A DNA stretch of 64,000 nucleotides, taken from positions 18,638 through 82,637 of the forward strand of contig CANGEP010000008.1 of assembly GCA_947452905.1 (NCBI GenBank), given 5' to 3'. Position numbers and translations under genes: made by a program. The notes beneath the pieces are model-generated. The model was not told the DNA's origin, did not search any database, and worked only from the letters and a program-made list of their open reading frames with translations. This document shows positions 59,351-64,000 of this stretch, piece by piece (the first letter of the stretch is position 1; each line of letters begins with the position of its first letter). Origin of the DNA: Bacteroidota bacterium (GTDB lineage: Bacteria; Bacteroidota; Bacteroidia; Chitinophagales; Chitinophagaceae).

Positions 59351-59392
59351 AAAAACGAATACTACTGCTTTTTTAGACAGTAGTATTCGTTT
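59351..59392 (-). terminator. Strong hairpin/terminator between susD3 and the sulfatase genes
   Basis: Perfect 15-bp stem AAACGAATACTACTG (59353-67)/CAGTAGTATTCGTTT (59378-92); U-run on the minus strand. Confidence 0.75.
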
Positions 59393-59413
59393 AAAGTTTA
59401 ACCTAGATATTCA

Positions 59414-60955
59414 TTAATACCCCGGATTTTGTGGAATGGTAATTTTAGTGTTATTATCAATTTCACGCTGTGGTATTGGCAATAATAATTTATTAGAAGT
59501 TACATATGATTGAATCGTAGCCAAGGATGGAGGTGTGGGATATTTGCTATAATGTGTAGCCCACATTGCAGCATAATTTCCCTTAATGGTAGTGATGGCA
59601 TCTTGACTAGGCATGGTAGTATTATACCTTAAAATATCAAACCATCTCATATTTTCGAATGTAAATTCTAACCTTCTTTCATTGGCTAATTCTTTTTCGA
59701 ATATAGCAGTAGTAGTTACTGTTGCAGCGGTTAAAGCTGGCAAAGCTGCACGGGCTCTTGTTTGATTAATTAGAGCTAAACTAGCAGGAGTGTTTCCTTG
59801 TGCTTCCGCTAACATCAATAAAACATCCGCATATCTAATAACAATCCAATCATTTTCCGCATCTCCTAAAAGAGATACTTGTGAAATCATTTTTTTAGGA
59901 TATAAATTATTTAAAGCTGTACCGTAAGTAGCTATACTTACTGCCTTTCTAGTATCTAAAGCATTATAAGCATTGCTCAATTCCAAACATGGTGCATTTT
60001 GTCCCGATCCATCGCCATTAATTACCGCTACTCCACTTAATTCTGGTGCAAATAAATTAGGAAATGGTGAACCCTGTCCAATACCCCCTGCCTTGTATCT
60101 CACTGCAAACATTATCTCCTTGTTCATTTCATTAGTGATAGAGAAAACGTCTGCATAACTAGCAACTAATCCATAACCACTATTAGCAATTATGTCGGTT
60201 AATAATGGAATAGCATCTGATTTACGGTTTAATGTTAAATAAACTTTTGCTAATAAAGCTTTAGCTGCCCAAATATTTACTTTACCTAAATTAGCAGTAG
60301 GAATAGAAGCGTATTTTAAATTTGTACCATTATCAATTGAGTATTTAAGATCAGCTATGATGAATTTGTACATATCATCTGTAGTAGATCTGTTAATTTT
60401 GGTAGCTTCAAAAGGATCCACTGGTTCATCAATTAACATAACTCCTCCATATAATCTCACAAGATTAAAATAGTGATAGGCTCTAATAAATGAGGCTTCG
60501 GCACTTGCCACCTTTTTTTGCGCATCTGTAATTTGCACCTTAGTTGCACCAGCAGCTACTACACCCGAAGCTGGATCGTAATTCACATTCAAACTATTTA
60601 ATATGTTATTTACATTTCTAATGTTAAAATAATTAGCAATCCAATAGTTATAAATGGCAGCATGCGAGGTACTTGGGATAAACAAATCTAAGTCACTCAA
60701 GTCTCTGTTAGGCACCGACTTACTTGCCGAGCTGTACATAATGGTATTATCACTTCTCAACTCTGTTAATTTCCATTCTTCTAACAAAGGAGCTCTTAGT
60801 GCATTATAACAACCATTTAGGGCAATTTGAATATCATTTGCATTTTGATAAAAGTTTTCAGTTGTTATATTGGATTGTGGATACAAATCAATATTTTTCT
60901 CACAAGAAGCAAGAAATATAGAGGAAAGTATAAATAGGTTTAAAATCTTTTTCAT
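59414..60955 (-). CDS. susD: RagB/SusD family outer-membrane lipoprotein of the sulfatase PUL
   Basis: Lipobox FLASC, AEASFIRAYHYFNLVRLYGGV, IRYADVLLMLAEA, ERRLEFTFE, QNPGY. Confidence 0.92.
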   Translation of the reverse strand: MKKILNLFILSSIFLASCEKNIDLYPQSNITTENFYQNANDIQIALNGCYNALRAPLLEEWKLTELRSDNTIMYSSASKSVPNRDLSDLDLFIPSTSHAAIYNYWIANYFNIRNVNNILNSLNVNYDPASGVVAAGATKVQITDAQKKVASAEASFIRAYHYFNLVRLYGGVMLIDEPVDPFEATKINRSTTDDMYKFIIADLKYSIDNGTNLKYASIPTANLGKVNIWAAKALLAKVYLTLNRKSDAIPLLTDIIANSGYGLVASYADVFSITNEMNKEIMFAVRYKAGGIGQGSPFPNLFAPELSGVAVINGDGSGQNAPCLELSNAYNALDTRKAVSIATYGTALNNLYPKKMISQVSLLGDAENDWIVIRYADVLLMLAEAQGNTPASLALINQTRARAALPALTAATVTTTAIFEKELANERRLEFTFENMRWFDILRYNTTMPSQDAITTIKGNYAAMWATHYSKYPTPPSLATIQSYVTSNKLLLPIPQREIDNNTKITIPQNPGY

Positions 60956-60989
60956 AATTAAAATATTTTATATTTTTTCTTTTAGAAAA

Positions 60990-63900
60990 TTAAAAATTTA
61001 TATCAATACCAGCGGTAATTGTTTGTGGTATTGGGAAAGAACCTCTTTGATATCCATCAATCAATACAGATGAATAAGGTCCATTATTAAATCTACCTTC
61101 TGGATTTAATCCTCTATATCCATCTGCAGTATGGAAATATAAATTCTGTGCAGAAAAATATAATCTTACCGAGCTTACATTAAATCTTTTAATGGCAGCT
61201 GTTGGAATGGTATATCCTAAATTAACTTCTCTTAAAGCAAAATATGACGCATCTTCAATAACATAATCAGTTAACATCCAGTTAAAGCCATTGGTAGAAT
61301 AAGGTGTTTTCCCGTCTCCAGGATATTGTGCACTAATCCATCTATTTTGATTATATGTACGAATTGTTCTTCTAGATTCATTATAATTAGGGTCACCGTT
61401 AATTAACTTGCCACCTTGTACCCCTTGCACTAAGAAACTGAAATCAAAACCTTTAAACTTAAAATTATTAGTAATACCCCAGTTAAAATCAGGATAAGGA
61501 TTTCCTAAATCTGTTCTATCATTATTGTCAATCTTTCCGTCCTTATTCATATCTACAACCTTCAATCCTCCTGGAACAAACATAGCTGTTAAAGTAGACG
61601 TTAAACCAGATTGATTAATTTGATCTTGTGATAACCAAACACCATCAGTTTTAAATCCATAATATTTAACCAATGGGTCGCCAACTTTATTTCTATATAC
61701 TTCGGTACGCTCTCCTTGATTTAACAAAAATGCTTCTGTACCAAGTTCAAGAATTTTATTTCGATTTTGTGAAATGTTAGCAGAAGTTGTCCAAGTGAAA
61801 TCTTTTGTTTGAATATTTCTTGTATTAACTTCTAATTCAAAACCTTTATTTTCTAATTTACCTAAGTTATTCCAAAATTGTGGGACACCTGTAAATGCCA
61901 TAGCAGATTGTTGTAACAATAATCTATCTGTTACAGACTTATAAATATCTAAAGTGAAGCTCACTCTATTTGAAAATAAAGCTAAATCAACACCAAAGTT
62001 ATCTTGCTTAGTGCTTTCCCAAGTGATATTTGGATTTGATAAATAAGAGCTAGAGCTCACAAGACCTGGTGTAGTTACCCCTGTACCTGAACCATAGGTA
62101 TAGTTAGCACCATATAATAAATCTAAAAAGGCAAAGTCTACAATTCTATTATTTCCAGAAACACCATAGCTTTTACGTAATTTTAAATTACTTAACCAAG
62201 CTATATTACTAAATAACTTTTCTTTACTTAGAATCCAACCTGCAGAAATGGAAGGGAATTGACCCCATTTGTTTCCTTGAGCAAAATAAGAACTACCATC
62301 TGTTCTATAACTCGCCGAAATTAAATATTTATCGGCATAAGCATAATTAATACGTCCCAAATAGGAAATAAGTCCTATTTGATTATTGGTTCCAGTAGTT
62401 CCAGACTTGTCAATTTGAGCAGCACTATTTAAAGTTCTTATATCATCACTTGGGAAATCAATTCCTGTTGTTTGTTGGTTTTGTACTTTTGTAGTTTGGG
62501 AAGTAAAACCTGCAAGAATATTTAAGTTGCTTTTGTTTGTTTGTTTAGTATAGTTTAAAGTGTTTTCTGATAATAAATCAACATATTTATTATTAATAAA
62601 AACTCCTTTATTGATAGAACCTTCACTATTGTACTCTCTTTCATAAAAACTCAATCCATTCGTATAATACATTAAGTTAGATCCTATTGTTTTAAAAATT
62701 AAGCCTTTCGCAATTTCAACACTTAATTCGGCAGAAGATTGTAAACGATATTCGTTACTTGTAATATCAGATCGCATAACATCTGAGCGAGGATTCTGTT
62801 GAGCAGAGCCACTTGGGTTAGCCGTAGTTGGCGATGTCCATGTGGTGCCATCTGGCATTAAACCTGTATATTTTAAATTTGAAAAGTGACGTGGATGGGC
62901 AAAGTCACCAGGCAATATGCTAGCATATTGAGAATTGGTATTTACTAATGCAGCTGTTAAATCATTATGATATACTGGAAGCCATGTTGGAGCTCTCCAA
63001 AAGTTTGTAAAGTTTTGAGAAGGTGAAATTTTCTTTGTATAGGAAGGATTAAGATTTACTGATAGTTTTACCTTACTACTTAATTCAACGTCAACTCTAG
63101 TTCTGATATTAAATTTCTCATAATTGCTTTTGTATTGCATACCCTCGTCATTCTGATATCCTCCAGAAAGAAAATATCTCAAATCTTTAGAACCACCAGA
63201 AGCGCTTAATTGAATGTTTTTAAATCCTCCGGGTCTTAAGCTTTCGGATTGCCAATCCGTTGATTTATTACCTCTAAGTGCAGTTTCAATAATATACGAA
63301 GCTTTATCCGCATCTGCTACTATATTGGTTGATTGAACAACAGTTGGATCATTAGCTCTAAATAAAACTTCATTAAATAACATTTTAACATATTCCTGTG
63401 TGGTCATAATATCATATCGCTTGTAATCCTTTTTTTGACCTGCTGAATATTTAAAGTTGTATTTAGGTTTGCTTACAGATCCTTTTTTTGTGGTAACGAT
63501 AATAACACCACTTGCTCCTCTCGATCCGTAAATAGCTGCAGATGCAGCATCTTTTAAAACTTCAATTGATTCAATATCCGCAGGATTCAAAAACGATAAG
63601 GCATCTGGAACAGGTAACCCATCTACAACAATCAATGGACTGGCCCCTGCATATAATGAACTAATACCTCTTATACTAATTTTAGGTGCTGCGCCAGCTT
63701 CAGAGGATGTATTTTGAATGGTCAAACCAGCAATTTTACCTTGTAATGCTTGATCAATTCTAGCAACAGGCGCTTCGTCTAAATTTTCATTTTTAAACTT
63801 TGATATAGCTCCAGTTAAACTAGATTTTTTTTGCGTACCATAACCAATAACTACAACTTCACTTTGAACCGAATTATCTTGAACTAAGGAAATAACATAA

Positions 63901-64000
63901 TTAGTTTCTTGTCCTAAAGTAATTTTTTGTTCTAAATAACCAACATAAGAAAAAGTTACGTTTTTTACAGAAGAAGTAATAGGTAATGTAAAGGTACCGT
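60990..64000 (-). CDS. susC: SusC/RagA family TonB-dependent transporter of the sulfatase PUL (5' end outside the window)
   Basis: The frame stays open past the ORF-track start at 63725 to the edge: GTFTLPIT...FSYVGY...EVVVIGYGTQKK...IDQALQGKIAGL; plug motif LNPADIESIEVLKDAASAAIYGSRGASGVI; C-terminal GIDINF. Confidence 0.93.
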   Translation of the reverse strand, partial: GTFTLPITSSVKNVTFSYVGYLEQKITLGQETNYVISLVQDNSVQSEVVVIGYGTQKKSSLTGAISKFKNENLDEAPVARIDQALQGKIAGLTIQNTSSEAGAAPKISIRGISSLYAGASPLIVVDGLPVPDALSFLNPADIESIEVLKDAASAAIYGSRGASGVIIVTTKKGSVSKPKYNFKYSAGQKKDYKRYDIMTTQEYVKMLFNEVLFRANDPTVVQSTNIVADADKASYIIETALRGNKSTDWQSESLRPGGFKNIQLSASGGSKDLRYFLSGGYQNDEGMQYKSNYEKFNIRTRVDVELSSKVKLSVNLNPSYTKKISPSQNFTNFWRAPTWLPVYHNDLTAALVNTNSQYASILPGDFAHPRHFSNLKYTGLMPDGTTWTSPTTANPSGSAQQNPRSDVMRSDITSNEYRLQSSAELSVEIAKGLIFKTIGSNLMYYTNGLSFYEREYNSEGSINKGVFINNKYVDLLSENTLNYTKQTNKSNLNILAGFTSQTTKVQNQQTTGIDFPSDDIRTLNSAAQIDKSGTTGTNNQIGLISYLGRINYAYADKYLISASYRTDGSSYFAQGNKWGQFPSISAGWILSKEKLFSNIAWLSNLKLRKSYGVSGNNRIVDFAFLDLLYGANYTYGSGTGVTTPGLVSSSSYLSNPNITWESTKQDNFGVDLALFSNRVSFTLDIYKSVTDRLLLQQSAMAFTGVPQFWNNLGKLENKGFELEVNTRNIQTKDFTWTTSANISQNRNKILELGTEAFLLNQGERTEVYRNKVGDPLVKYYGFKTDGVWLSQDQINQSGLTSTLTAMFVPGGLKVVDMNKDGKIDNNDRTDLGNPYPDFNWGITNNFKFKGFDFSFLVQGVQGGKLINGDPNYNESRRTIRTYNQNRWISAQYPGDGKTPYSTNGFNWMLTDYVIEDASYFALREVNLGYTIPTAAIKRFNVSSVRLYFSAQNLYFHTADGYRGLNPEGRFNNGPYSSVLIDGYQRGSFPIPQTITAGIDINF

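Noticed and set aside
37023-60158. Short alternative ORFs (37023, 37356, 38207, 39969, 43896, 46385, 47493, 48868, 50039, 50278, 50675, 54231, 55152, 59973) and 60870..61073
   Set aside because: They are shadow or alternative-frame ORFs of assigned genes.
63725-64000. ORF-track start of susC3 at 63725
   Set aside because: It is an internal TTG; the frame continues with typical SusC N-terminal sequence to the window edge.

Overview
AT-rich, gene-dense bacterial window from a Bacteroidota genome, most likely Chitinophagaceae-like. The evidence is SusC/SusD pairs, TAnnTTTG-type promoters and no obvious Shine-Dalgarno motifs; the family assignment is inference. About 1-31.5 kb is mostly shuffled housekeeping genes (maeB, deoC, secA, a stand-alone atpG followed by scpB-lysA, mdh, transporters, yebC, fused 2-oxoacid dehydrogenase E1, aminotransferase). 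About 31.5-49.7 kb holds two SusC/SusD pairs with no neighbouring CAZymes, a B12-dependent radical SAM/5'-nucleotidase pair, an unannotated 55-aa basic protein and a signal-peptide plug-only protein. About 49.7-64 kb is a minus-strand polysaccharide utilisation locus (susC truncated by the window edge, susD, four Cys-type sulfatases, a PL38-like lyase, kduI and a lipoprotein formylglycine-generating enzyme), pointing to a sulfated glucuronate/iduronate-type polymer rather than alginate. The best non-coding candidate is a ~75-nt promoter-hairpin-terminator unit at 31.57-31.65 kb. I saw no tRNA, rRNA, CRISPR array, integrase or transposase.
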